A stretch of 64,000 bases of DNA from Leucoraja erinacea (GCF_028641065.1 NC_073412.1:12338001-12402000), one strand, 5' to 3'. Counted from the stretch's first letter, positions 25,927-38,197 are shown. Numbers and translations: made by a program. Notes: a model not told the origin generated them from the sequence alone.

Positions 25927-27563
25927 CAGGTGCACAACCTTTTATCCGACAGCCTTGGGACCAGACACTTTTCGTAATTCAGAATTTGTCGGTCTTTGGA
26001 ATGGAAATTTTTTAGCGTAGATTTTAATGGCTGGCTCAGTGGTAGAGTGCTCGGCTCATATCCGCAAGGTCGCGAGTTTGCGCCTTGATCCCGGCAGTTA
26101 CTCGGTCGCGAGTTTGAGTCTTCAATGTCGTTTTTTCTTGCAGAATAAATATCTGTATGAAATGCAGTGTGTTGAATGAATTCCTGAATTTGTAAATGTG
26201 CCCGCAGCATTGAATCGCCTCTCGCACCCGTGTCACCCTAGCGGGGCTACATGCCCTTAGGCGGCCTAGCTCGGGGATTCTTGAATCCCCGAGCTAGGTC
26301 GCGAGTTTGCGCCTCGATCCTGGCAGTTACTCGGTCGCGAGTTTGAGTCTTCAATGTAGTTTTTTCTTGCAGAATAAATGTTTGTATGAAATGCAGTGTA
26401 GGAGAGGTGTACTGACTGTGTGGGCAGAACTTTGGAAGTGATTGCCCACCAGTCTCCCTGTCCCTGGGATAGCAGGGGGCGATCAAACAGCACAATACCC
26501 CCCTCCCCCTCCAACTCCAGAGGAATCCGCTCCCCGATGGGCCGCTACGGCGACAAGTGGCAGTTTGCCCACAGCCCGAGCTGCGCCACCCCAAGAATAA
26601 GACGTACCTTGCATACCATCAGCTTCTGCCCCTACGTGTTCCTCTGGAGTTGGAGCGGGGCTGGGCTGGAGTTGCTGCTGGCTGTGGGTCTCTGGGATCT
26701 CCGTGCTTGCAGAGTGCCTGGGGGTCGGTGTCCCGTTGGTCCTGACGTCTCCGGCCACCCCCCTGGACAGTAGCTGAGACTGGGAACTGTACCGCCCTTG
26801 CCCCCTCCCTCTGCAACTGCAAACAACCCCACTCTCCTGCAAGGGCGGTACAGTTCCCGGAGGATAGCAGGTGGCCGGAGACGTCAGGACCAACAGGAAC
26901 CCGCTCCCCGATGGGCCCCTACGACGCCCCGAGCTGCGCCCCATCATCCGCAACCCATGTTCCTCTGTAGTTGGAGCGGGGCTGGGCTGGGCTGCTGTTG
27001 GCTGTGGGTCTCTGGGATCTCCGTGCTTGCGGTGGGCCTGGTGGTCGACGTCCAATTGGTCCTGACGTCTCCGGTGACTGCACTGACCTGCTGCCATCGC
27101 CGACGTGAAGACAGTACAAAGCCCCCGCGCCGGTGCAATGAGCGGGGAGCTGGAGAGGGGAGGGAAGGGGTCACACACATGGCCGGGAAGCAGAGGGGTG
27201 TAGGTGGGGTGAAACTGAAGGGAGCGACAATCTGCTGCTGCCTGCACGCTGAGTTAAAAAGTTCCCACGCAAGACTCACGATACACTGTGTATCGTGTCT
27301 ACCGTGGGAACTTTTTAACTCAGCGGGCAGGTAGCAGCATATTGTCAATTATTAACCTTCCCGCGCAATATACCCTCACCTTCTCTTTTATGAATGGGGA
27401 TTTAGTTCCCCTTTCTTCGAGGACCGACCGGAGGTTCCGCTGTCACCTCTGCGGGCCGCCCTCGGTGAACGTTTTCAAGGACCTTTCTTCAAGGACCGAA
27501 AAAAATGTCCGCTATTCGGAGGTTTTCGTTATTTGGATCTTCGGATAAAAGGTTGTGCACCTG
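25927..27563. mobile_element. Non-autonomous Tc1/mariner-superfamily (pogo/Tigger-like) composite element
   Basis: Perfect TIR CAGGTGCACAACCTTTTATCCGA, TA on both sides; no transposase ORF recognised. Confidence 0.85.
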
Positions 27564-27766
27564 TAATGAACTAAACTTTAGGGGAGAAAAACTAAATGTT
27601 CATGTTAATTGGCCCTTATCAACACCGTTCGTTGTAATACTGTGTATGTGCGCGTTTGTGTGGTGGTCTGTGGGTGAGTGTGTGTGTGTGGTGTATTATG
27701 GTTACCGTATCAAGGGATGTAGGCCGAAGGGCCAGTTTTGTTCTGCACTCTTCTATGTTCTATATA

Positions 27767-29181
27767 CAGTGTCCTCTATAATGTTTGGGAAAAGACCCAT
27801 CATTTATTTATTTGCCTCTGTACTCCACAATTTGAGATTTGTAGTAGGAAAAATTCACATGTGGTTAAAGTGAACATTGCAGATTTTAATAAAGGCCGCT
27901 TTAGCAGCTGCGGCTCGCCTGCAGTCTGTCTGTTTTTTTGTTGTTCTTTTTTGTCCTGTTTTAGCGGCGACCCGGCCTCGGCGACCCGGCCTTGGAGCTG
28001 GGGCAGCGGCCACCCGGCCTCGGAGCTGGGGCAGTGTTCCGGCGGCAGCGGCCACTCGACCCGACCGCGGGCCTAGTGGACGACATCGTCGGCAGCTCCT
28101 GGGGCACAGGTGACCTGTTTTCCGGAGCTTCTGCGACAACAGCTGCGTCCGCTGGACTGGAGGGCGGCAGCTTCGACCACCCTGGGCCGCGGAGTTGAAC
28201 CGGCCCGTTCGCGGAGCTCGGATTCAGCCGCGGGACTGACATTACTTACCATCGCCCGGCGGGGTCATAACATCTGAAGCCTGGATGGCCTCGGCGCAGA
28301 GGGAGAATAAGAAGGGAAGAAACAAAGACTTAAGATTTTTGCCTTCCATCACAGTGAGGAGGTGCCTGGTGAACTCACTGCGGTGGATGTTAATTTGTGT
28401 TTATTGTGTGTTTTTGTCATTTTTACTATATGTACGACTGCAAGGCAACAAAATTTCATTCAGACTGCAAGGTGTGAATGACAATAAAGGCTACTTGACT
28501 TGACTTGACTTTTATACATTTTGGTTTGACCATATAGAAATTACAGCAGTGTTTATACATAGTCCCCCTCCATTTCAGGGCACCATAATGTTTGGGAAAC
28601 AGCAATGTCATGTAAATGAAAGTAGTCATGTTTAGTACTTTGTTGCATATCCTTTGCAATGACAGCCTGAAGTTTGGGATTCATGGACATCACCAGTTGC
28701 TGGGTGTCTTCTCTGGTGATGCTCTGCCAGGCCTGCATTGAAGCCATCTTTAGCTTATGCTTGTTTTGGGGGCTAGTCCCCTTCAGTTTTCTCTTCAGCA
28801 TATAAACAGTCCTCATGTTGATAAACAGCAATAAAAGTTTCCAAAGGTGATGGGAAGACTGGAGGAAAGACTAGGTGCTGAGAGCCCTCCTATACCTGCA
28901 TTAATGAGGCAACTAAACACACCTGAGCAATTACAAACACCTGTGAAGCCATGTGTCCCAAACATTATGGTGCCCTAAAATGGTGGGACTATGTAGCCCC
29001 GCTGCTGTAATTTCTACATGGTGAAACCAAAATGTATAAATATACCCTTTATTAAAACCTGACAATGTGCACTTTAACCACATGTGATTTTTTTTTTTTC
29101 TATTACAAATCTCAAATTGTGGAGTACAGAGGCAAATAAATAAATGATGGGTCTTTGTCCCAAACATTATGGAGGGCACTG
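27767..29181 (-). mobile_element. Tc1-like IR/DR transposon, internally deleted; left TIR interrupted by a retro-insertion
   Basis: TA-CAGTG...CACTG-TA; long TIRs with inner/outer repeat ataatgtttggga; transposase C-terminal remnant LKRKLKG..P.NK..LK....AWQSI....LV.SM...LQAVI. Confidence 0.88.
27893..28510 (+). mobile_element. GC-rich non-autonomous retroelement with AATAAA and (cttga)n tail
   Basis: Interrupts the Tc1 TIR; related copies at 21105-21970, 30000-30316 and 19608-19770 (all minus). Confidence 0.7.
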
Positions 29182-29663
29182 TATAACCTTTTCATAATTT
29201 GGGCGTGGCCTGTAATTACAAACATAATTTGCTTCTTGTTATCTGAATCACATTTCACCAATTAGCCTGAAAAATAAAGTTTCAAACAGTTTTCTTAAAA
29301 GCAAGGGCTGTAGTTACACCTCAAAATTAAAGTAATGCTACTCTCAAATAGCAAATGATCACAGCAGTAATTTTAACACACAAACATTTTGCTTAACCGG
29401 ATGAATAATGAAGAGTGTGATGTATGAGCCAAAGCTTAATATAAAAATCTAACAACTTAAGCTCCTTAATATATATTCTATTTAATTATCTTCCCACAAT
29501 ATGGTTTCTGCCCCAAATCAAAAGTAATTGTCCATTAGTTGCCTTTTCCTCATTTATACTATTTTGAACATGCCACTAGAAATTTCAGGTCATTTTGTTG
29601 CTATGCTTCTGCTGGCTTTTAATGATTGTTGTGTTTGTTTGTGTTTTGTGTTGCATGTTACAG

Positions 29664-29985
29664 AAATCTTTCAATGTTTCCTATCAGCCCGTGAAGTTGC
29701 CCGCGGCCGTGACCGGGAGAGATTGAGCAGCACGCCTGGAATCGGCACGGGTCCCGCTGTCCGGCTGGACGATCCACCATCTCAGCTGAGAGAAGAGCGG
29801 CGAGTCAGCACTGGGCTTGCAGAAGGACAGGACCATTACACAGCAGCGTGCAACTCTGTTATTCATCGCTGTACACTGCTTATTCTGGGAGTCACCCCGG
29901 CCATACAAGAGTTGCACCAAAAGGACGAGGGGCTAAAAGGAAATGGTATTTCCGGAGTTATTGACGGACTTGGTTTTATGACCAG
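29664..29985 (+). CDS. HERC1: HERC1 exon (IFQCFLSAREVAR...YTAACNSVIHRC...FMT)
   Basis: ttacag acceptor, AG|gttggt donor, 322 nt. Confidence 0.94.
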
Positions 29986-31105
29986 GTTGGTAACTTATTT
30001 TATACAATACAATACTGTTTATTGTCATTTGAACCTCAAATGAAGTTCAAATGAAATTTGATTTCTGCAGTCATACAACAAGAAAAGAACCAAGACACAC
30101 ACCAACACAATTTACACAAACGTCCATCACAGTGAATCTCCTCCTCACTGTGATGGAAGGCAAGTCTTGTCTCTCCCCTGCTCTCCATTCTTTTCCCGAT
30201 GTCAAAGTCAAAGCCCCCGGCGGGCGATGGTAAGTCCTGCGACCATGAAGGCCGCGCCGGGTGATGCAAGGCCGTGCTCCGGGTCTTGACGTTGGAGCCC
30301 CCGGCGGGCGCTAGCATTTGTAAATGATATAACCATAACTGTTTCATGAATGTCCATCAGATAGAGAAAAAAAAGTAATTGACGTATATTAGGCAGATAT
30401 GGGCCAGACACTGGCACAGATAGGCAGCTTGGTTGGCAGCAAAATACAGTGTTGGAGGATCTTGTCTGTTCAGACAGTGTCTGTGGAGGCAATTGATGGG
30501 TGACTTTTGGGTCGGGACTCATCTTCAGACTGCTTGGGCCAAATTCCTGCTTCCTGGCTTTATAACTCTGAGTTACATTGGAATTTTTCACAGTGCACTC
30601 CAGAAAACATCTTGTCTTAATCCCTCTAGCACAGTATGTATATGTAATTGGAACTGTAGTTATACAGTTGGAGCTTTTACAGGAAACCAGACCAGTAAAC
30701 CCACTTTGCGAAGCCAAGGCTCTTCATTTATGATTGCACTAAAAAACAAAATACTTTTGTTTTGGAAAACTTTTTAACATCTTACAGTAACAGTCAGAAA
30801 GGTTTCCTGGGCGAGCATATCTATAACCATGCAAACAAGGAATTGTATTACATGTATGAGAAAATCATCTGAATTAAAATCTCTACAACAGTTTCTTATT
30901 GAACTGGGACGCTGGATTCTTCTAAATTACACTTATAAATGTATTGCATTTTGTTAAGTACTCGTTATGTTGGTCTTAATTACATTTCATTGGATATTAT
31001 CTTAAAACTATTTCACTGTTGAATTACAATGTGTATCAGAGCAATAATGTTGTGCGTATATAACGTGTGGAGAACATCCGTGATAACACTACTTGTTTCT
31101 TCTAG

Positions 31106-31226
31106 GAGTGAAAGCTTGACAGCAGAAACCCATTCCGTGCAATCAAATTCTACCTATAAACTGACTAAATCAAGAAGTGAATCAGACTTGTCTCAGCCCG
31201 ACTCAGACGAGGAAGTCTGTGCTTTT
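31106..31226 (+). CDS. HERC1: HERC1 exon (SESLTAE...KSRSESDLSQPDSDEEVCAF)
   Basis: ttcttctag acceptor, TTT|gtgagt donor. Confidence 0.94.
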
Positions 31227-31581
31227 GTGAGTATTACAGTCATGAAGGCTGCTTCAGTTATGAGGAATGTTAACACACGAAAACAACTGCCACTGGGCTA
31301 GTGCTGGTTTGAATTGGACCGGACATGCTTTGAATAGTTGGTGTCACTTATATATGTGATATGTCATATCTATCAGTGATGTCCCCATGTACCTGCTGCC
31401 ATTGTCCTATTTGTGATGGCAGTTGCTGTAAATCAGGTTTATTATATTGGAACTTTGATGCTTTGGTAAAAACGTGCCACCTTTAAAGAGTGCTTTTTTG
31501 TCCTTTTGCTGATTCTAACTCGGCTAATTTTACAAGACGCACAATGATACAGAAAATGTGTTCCAAAGCATTCAAAACCAA

Positions 31582-33867
31582 AGTGGCACAGTGGTAGCTG
31601 CCTTATAGCGCCAGAGGACCGGGTTCAATCCTAACATTGGGTGCTGTCTGTATTGAGTTTGTACGTTCTCCCCTTGACAACCGGGTTTTCACCGGGTGCT
31701 CCGATTTCTTCCTTCATTCGAAAGACATACTGGTTTGTACGTTAATTCGCTTCACTAAATTGAGTCCCTAGTGTGTAGGATAGAACTAGTGTACGGGGAT
31801 TGCTGGTCAACACGCACTCGGTGGGCTGAAGGGTCTGTTTCCATGCTGTATCTCTAAACTAAACATTGAAGATGCTATTGGAGCACCCTTGGCTAGGATC
31901 ACCTGGCAATTACATTTTTGGATCATGTTGCATCCTTTAAGACATGAAATTTGGCTGGCCATTTCAAATTTGTGTGTAGTCCTCACTACCCTGACATGAA
32001 GGTGCAATCGGTGATTCAAGTCGTGATGTAAATTTCCGTTCAAATACTATTTAGAATATTGTGTGGAGAGTTGGACGTGTTGTCCTAATACACTGAATGT
32101 TAAAAATTGCCGCCTCTGCCCAAACAAAGTGTTGTCCCAATCCCCCCTCCCACCCCCCCCCCCCCTCACTAACCTGACTACTATGATATCTCCCCCCTGA
32201 TCTTTCCCCTGACCTCAAGTCGGCAATCCGTCAATGTCACTTTGTCTAAATCCTGGAAGTGGATTGTGTGAACACCTTCAGAAGACTTAGTTCAAGAAGA
32301 AGAACCACCATATTATCAAGGACAGTTAAAGATGGACAATAAATATTGGCTTTGTCAATGATGCATGCATTTAGTTTAGTTTAGAGATACAGCACGGAAA
32401 CAGGCCCATCGGCCCACCGGGTCCACGCGACCAGCGATCCCCGCACATTAACACTATCCTACACCCACTGGGGACTATTTTTACATTTACCAAGCCAATT
32501 AACCTACAAACCTGTACGCCTTTGGAATGTGTGAGGAAACCGAAGATCACGAAGAAAACCCATGCAGGTCACTGGGAGAACGTACAAACTCCGTACAGAC
32601 TGCACCCGTAATTGGGATCGGAACTGGTTTTCCGGCGCTGCATTCACTGTATGGCAGCAACTCTACTACTGAGCCACCGTGACTTTCAAATATGAACAAA
32701 AAAACCCAAAGCCTATGCCACTTCCGTTAGTCTAAGACCATAAAGAATGAAGAGGAATCCAAGCAGAAGAGGAAGCAAAATGAGGAAAACTCCCTGCAGC
32801 CTGGGCTCTGTGATCATTGTTGATGAATATCACTTAACTTAACTATTCTCAAACTATTTGCCTATTATCCCACACTTCTGCCTTGCCGCTCACCAATTTG
32901 AAACATTAGACAATTTTGCCATTTATTTTCCCCCCAACACCAATGTAAATTCAAATCCAAAGTTGTCAATTCAGTAATACATCCTGAATACAACTAATGA
33001 TTGTTTTACACTCCTTTATCCCGATTACATAATTCCGTAGTTCTGACCAGTGAGCATATAAGGGCAGCACGGAGGCACAGCTGGTCGAACTGCTGCCTCA
33101 CAGCAGCAGAGATCCACGTTCAATCCTGACCATGAATGCTGACTGTGTAGAGTTTGCACGTTCTACCAGTGCTCCAGTTTCCACCCACATCCCAAAGACG
33201 TGAGGGTTTGTAGGTTTATTGGCCTCTGCAAATGCCCCTAGTGTATAAGGTGTAGATGAGAGAGTGCGATAACATAGAACTAGTATGAATGGGTGATCAA
33301 TGGTCAGCGTGGACTTGGTAGGATGGACAGCTTGTTTTCATGCTGTGTCTTTAAACTAAACTAAACTAAACTAAAGATAAAGGTGCGCGCATTGTATAAC
33401 TATTTCAGATGTACAAAAATTTGTATGAACATATGTTTAATAAAACAGGGTTTTCTTTCATTATGCAGTAGGTGTATCAATTCTATATATGATTAAAACC
33501 TACATTAACTTAAATTTTAATCATGATTGTGTTTTGTAAACTTAAAACTGTAGTATCCTTATGGTTATGTATAATTTAGATCTGGCGATGTAAATTGACG
33601 TAAGTTTATCAATGAGGTTACTGTAAATCTGAAGGCAGTGGTTTAATTTAGTTTAGAGATACAGCTCGGAAACAGGCCCTTCGGCCCACTAAATCCATGG
33701 TGACCAGCGACCCACGCACATTAACACTTTCCTACACACATTAGGGACAATTTCTTGCACTTACATCAAGCCAATTAAACTACAAACCTGCACGTCTTTG
33801 GAATGTGGGAGGAAACTGGAGATCTCGGTGAAAACCCATGCAAGTCATAGGGAAAACGTACAAACTC
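31582..33867. mobile_element. Four HE1-like V-SINEs in alternating orientation (31582-31864 +, 32370-32682 -, 33062-33374 +, 33642-33867 - partial)
   Basis: A-box/B-box heads, V-domain, (ctaaa)n tails. Confidence 0.87.
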
Positions 33868-33966
33868 TTTCAGTATGTTAAATGACAACACTCTTTTAGC
33901 TGAAATAGCATTCTATTTTATGTGATCTGTGTCTTAAAAGCTCTTAATTTTATTCTTTGTGTAAAG

Positions 33967-34018
33967 AACTCCAGAAGAAATGTGGATATGGATTTAACAT
34001 CAGTTCAACGAAAACGTG
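33967..34018 (+). CDS. HERC1: HERC1 short exon (NSRRNVDMDLTSVQRKR)
   Basis: aag acceptor, G|gtgagt donor; 52 nt keeps the frame; matches recalled RRNVDLDL...RKRG. Confidence 0.88.
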
Positions 34019-35618
34019 GTGAGTCGATTGTGTTATTCTTAGGATATTTTTGTAATTTGGATGTTAGTGCAGTGGTGAAATTTGCAAAAGTACCCCGTAC
34101 ATTTCTGTTTAATTTATTTAATCAGATTGTATTAAGTAATCAGATTATTAAATTTGTAGCATTGGTGTCATATGTTAGGTGGTTAGAGCATCTTATCTTT
34201 GCCTTCTGTTTAATTTCAAGCTCTTAACTCTGTCGTATCAGCTTTTAATTTACTTGTCCCAGCTGGTGCTTAATTTAGGACAATAATCATAGTCTTTCTG
34301 TTCAGGAAATGTATTTGAGTGTATACTTTGTGACTTGTACATTATGTTAACAAAAGCAATTTGTGTAGAATAGTACATTTTAGGTCAATCTTAATGTTAA
34401 TTCAATAAAATATTCAAATTGTGTGATGCTTCATAATACTTGCATAATGTTAAAATTGCGTGGGAGACAATAATTGGTGTGGCATGGCATTAATTATTTC
34501 TACAGTTAGTTTAAACTGCTGTTTGAAACTTTCTAATGGCTGATCAACTTTCATGGATATTTAATGCCTGACGCATCTAACTGGCTTTAATTATAAGCAT
34601 GTGTTGTATCAAATGTTTCCTTTTGTCTTCTGATTTTGTGTGGTAGTGTGTTTACTCCTTGTTGGCCAGTTGAGTCCCAGAACCAAGAGGAGCTGCAAGC
34701 AAGTAAATGATGGCATGTTTAACTTTATTAAAACTTCAAGCTTGACCATGTATTTTATGGCAATGAAGTATATACTGTCATTTAACTGTGCATTGGTTTG
34801 TTCCATCTGTTCAGCCAGTCGGCCAGATCGTTATCTGTGTGGCTTTGCCTTGGTGACGGTCCTCAGTTTTAGCGTTGATCTCTGAACGCCATATCCCTGG
34901 ATTCACAAATTCAAAAAACGATGAATCTTTGAATCGAATAATCACTGACATCTGCCATAATCCCCTTGGATGGAGAATTCCAAAGATTCATCATCTCTTG
35001 GTGAAGGGATTTCTTCTCATCTCAGTCCTGTGGCCAAGCTGTTATATTCGTTAAGACATTTCTTCTGCATCCCTGTCAAGGCCCTGTAGAATTTTTGTTT
35101 TGCTGTGAAATTGCTTGTCTTTCAAATAATTACCATAGAATATAGGCCCAGTTGCTGAGGCCAATTGGCCTTCATCCCAGCAGTATTTTAGTGTGAATCT
35201 TTGTTGCACTGCTTACTTCTGAAAGTATATCCAGTGATCAGATACGACAGCAGACATTTACCTGTTCTAGAATACAGAGAAAACGTTCTTGGGATTCTCT
35301 TGTTACAGCGTTTATAGCATCGTTTGGATTTGCAATGAGCTTGCGCAACAGTTGCAAAAGCATTTTGTAGAATTTTAAACAAAGGATCTTTAAGGTCTCT
35401 TGGTTGGTCAATAATTGTCCTCTCAGTTCACACCTCACAATCCTTCTAAATGTTCTGTGTGGTTTGGAATAAACGGAGGTCCTGGCAGTTTGTGCTGCTT
35501 TGATTTGCTTTTTGCATGATCATTATCTTTGTTGTTTTTGATCTGTTAGATTCAATATCTAACAATGAAGTTTGTGGTTTTCTACACTGACTTATTTCCA
35601 TTATTCTCTGCTCCACAG

Positions 35619-35887
35619 GACCTCCTTATAGCACCGATTCCCTGAGAACTTCTTGGACGTGGCTGAAATACAGTAGAGATGCATCCTATGATACTTCCCC
35701 CTTGTCTAATACAGTGGAATTTGATTTGAACCAGTCATTCGGAATTCACGCCTTTATTGATAATGTGGTTAATTTTGTGAGTGGAGGCGTTGGCACTTCC
35801 CCAGCTTTTAAAGAGCCCGAAGAAAATATGTCCTCCAATCCTCAAGCCATCATCATTGCAATGGAACAGCAGCAGATGAGGTCTGAG
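35619..35887 (+). CDS. HERC1: HERC1 exon (PPYSTDSL...NVVNFVSG...AMEQQQMRSE)
   Basis: ctccacag acceptor, GAG|gtaagt donor. Confidence 0.94.
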
Positions 35888-36119
35888 GTAAGTAGTAGGT
35901 ATTCGTGTTTGCTTTTTATCGAGTTAAACACGTCAGCTATAATAATGAATATGCCCCATAGATTCACAAGAATTCTGAATTGATACTGGGCAAAATAAAT
36001 ATGAAGAAAGACTTAAAAAGGAACTTCCTTCATTTGACTGCCACAGAGTACAGAACAATATGCTAGAAGTGTTTTGAATGATGGAAAGTTGATAGAAATG
36101 TACTGTTTGCTGTACCTAT

Positions 36120-36755
36120 CACTGGGTACTGGGCCTGTACTCGCTGGAGTTTAGAACAATGAGGGGGGACCACATTGAAACTTACCGAATATACCGAGCC
36201 TGGATAGAGTGGATGTGGAGTGGATGTATCCACTGGTGAGAGAGTTATGCATAGAAACAGGTGTAGGAGTAGGCCATTCGGCCCTTCGAGCCTGCACCGC
36301 CATTTAATATGATCATGGCTGATCATCCAACTCGGTATCCTGTACCTGCCTTCTCCATACCATCTGATCCCTTTAGCCACAAGGGCCACATCTAACTCCC
36401 TCTTAAATATAGCCAATGAACTGGCCTCAACTGCCTTGTGCACCAGAAGCCATAGCCTCAGAATAAAAGGACGTATCTTTAGAAAGGAAATGAGGAGGAA
36501 TTTCTTTGCATGAATCTGTGGAATTTCTTTGGTGATGAATCTGTGGAATTGATTGCCACAGAAGCTATGGAGGCAAAGCTATTCGGCATTTTTAAGGTGC
36601 TCATGGCCAAATTCTTGATTAGCACGGGTGTCGGAGATAATGTGGAGAAGGCAGGAGAATGGGGTTGTGAGGAAAAGATAGATCAGCCATGATTGAATGG
36701 CAGAGTAGACCTGATGGTCTGAATGGCCTAATGCTGCTACTATAACATGAACTTA
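36120..36755 (+). mobile_element. CR1 3' fragment with an opposite-strand CR1 3' end nested at ~36249-36440
   Basis: CR1 3' UTR motifs on both strands. Confidence 0.8.
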
Positions 36756-37265
36756 TCAGGTCATTTCTGGAATGATAGATCACTGGTACAATATTAAATG
36801 GAGGAGATAATTGCTGAGGTGTGTGAGGCTGCAGATCTCATCTTCAGCATTCAATGTCAAATTGGATGGGTACATGAAGGAAAGGATGGTGATGTGATTG
36901 GTAGCAGAGGAGCCAGATATGATTAGACTATTTGCTCATGCAGCCTACTTTGGTAACGGATGTTGGATCCAGTGTCTCAACACTTTTGTGTGGGATATAA
37001 TTAATTTAATTATAACAATTAATCACAGTGAAGTTGTGCTAAAGCTACGGATTCCGTGATCTTTAGCCTCACCAATGGCCTACGATGATTAAACCTCCCC
37101 TCTTTTTCTCTCCTTCCCAAACTAACACCCATGAGGTCCCACCAATCCAAGCCTTGTATCTCATGAATACCTATTGCAGACCAACCTCCCTGCACTCTCC
37201 CACCTCCATACCATGCACAACTTGGACATGACCTTGCCTATTCTATTTTTAAGTAGTTGGCACCA

Positions 37266-37574
37266 GGGCAGCACAGTGGCGCTGCGGTAAAGTTGTTGCC
37301 TAAAGTAGCACCAGAGATCCGGGTTCGATCCTGACCATGGGTGTCTATCTGTTGGTGGTTTGTACGTTCTCCCTGTGACTGCATGGGTTTTCGCCGGGTG
37401 TTCTGGTTTCTTCTCACACTCCAAAGATGTACAGGTTTGTAGGTTAATTGGCTTTGGAAAATTTTTAAATTGTCCCTAGTGTGTAGGATAGTGTTAATGT
37501 ATGGCGTGACCACTGGTCAGCATGGACTCGTTGGGCCGAAGGGCCTGTTTCCGCACTGTATCTCCATACTAAAC
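37266..37574 (+). mobile_element. HE1-like V-SINE
   Basis: gtggcgctgcggt A-box, gggttcgatcc B-box, V-domain. Confidence 0.87.
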
Positions 37575-37749
37575 TAGTTAACATATGTATGAAATTTTTA
37601 AACATGGTGTGCAGTGAAATAATGGTCAATAATCGTTAATGTCAAGTTTATTTTTGGATAAATTTTAATTAATGTTAATGCAAAGAATCAAACTAAATGA
37701 TTAGAATTTAAGATTCTATAACTTCACATTTATGTTTAATGCATTGTAG

Positions 37750-37965
37750 CTTCGACTGGCATCGCTTCATCAAATCCTGGTGTTGCTTTCTGGAATGGAG
37801 GAAAAGGGCAGCCAGTTTGCAGGAAGCAGTTGCCTGGCATCATGGTTCCACTCTGCTTCTTTGCTCACTTCAGTCCGACTGCAATTTCTTGCAGGATGCT
37901 TTGGCCTGGGCACAGTCGGAAATATAGAAATCAACGGTGAAAGTGTTCAACTGCATCACTATCAG
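37750..37965 (+). CDS. HERC1: HERC1 exon (LRLASLHQILVLLSGMEEKG...LHHYQ)
   Basis: ttgtag acceptor, CAG|gtaaaa donor. Confidence 0.95.
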
Positions 37966-37968
37966 GTA

Positions 37969-38197
37969 AAAAAGGACACAAAGCACTGGAGTAACTCAGT
38001 GTTTCAGGCAGCATCCCTGGAGAATATGAATAGGTGACGTTTTGAGTCGGGAACCTTCTTCAGATTCAGTCTGAAGAAGGGTCCTGACCCGAAACGTCAC
38101 CTATCCATGTTCGCGTGAGATGCTGCCCGACCTAGCAAGTTACTTCAGCATTTTTTTTTAATGTAAACCAGCATCTATAGGTCCTTGTTTCTGCATT
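37969..38197. mobile_element. PLE-derived fold-back insertion with hammerhead-like core; 13-bp TSD
   Basis: TSD tcactatcaggta at 37956-37968 and 38198-38210; inverted arms; CTGAAGA...GAAACGTC at 38071-38098. Confidence 0.85.

Noticed and set aside
26028-26100. Possible tRNA-Met gene
   Set aside because: T-arm/B-box degenerate, no acceptor stem or terminator, and it lies inside a transposon; at most a tRNA-derived fragment.
26247-27348. Long overlapping ORFs (up to 254 aa) on both strands
   Set aside because: GC-rich duplicated transposon interior; low stop-codon density explains them and no domain is recognisable.
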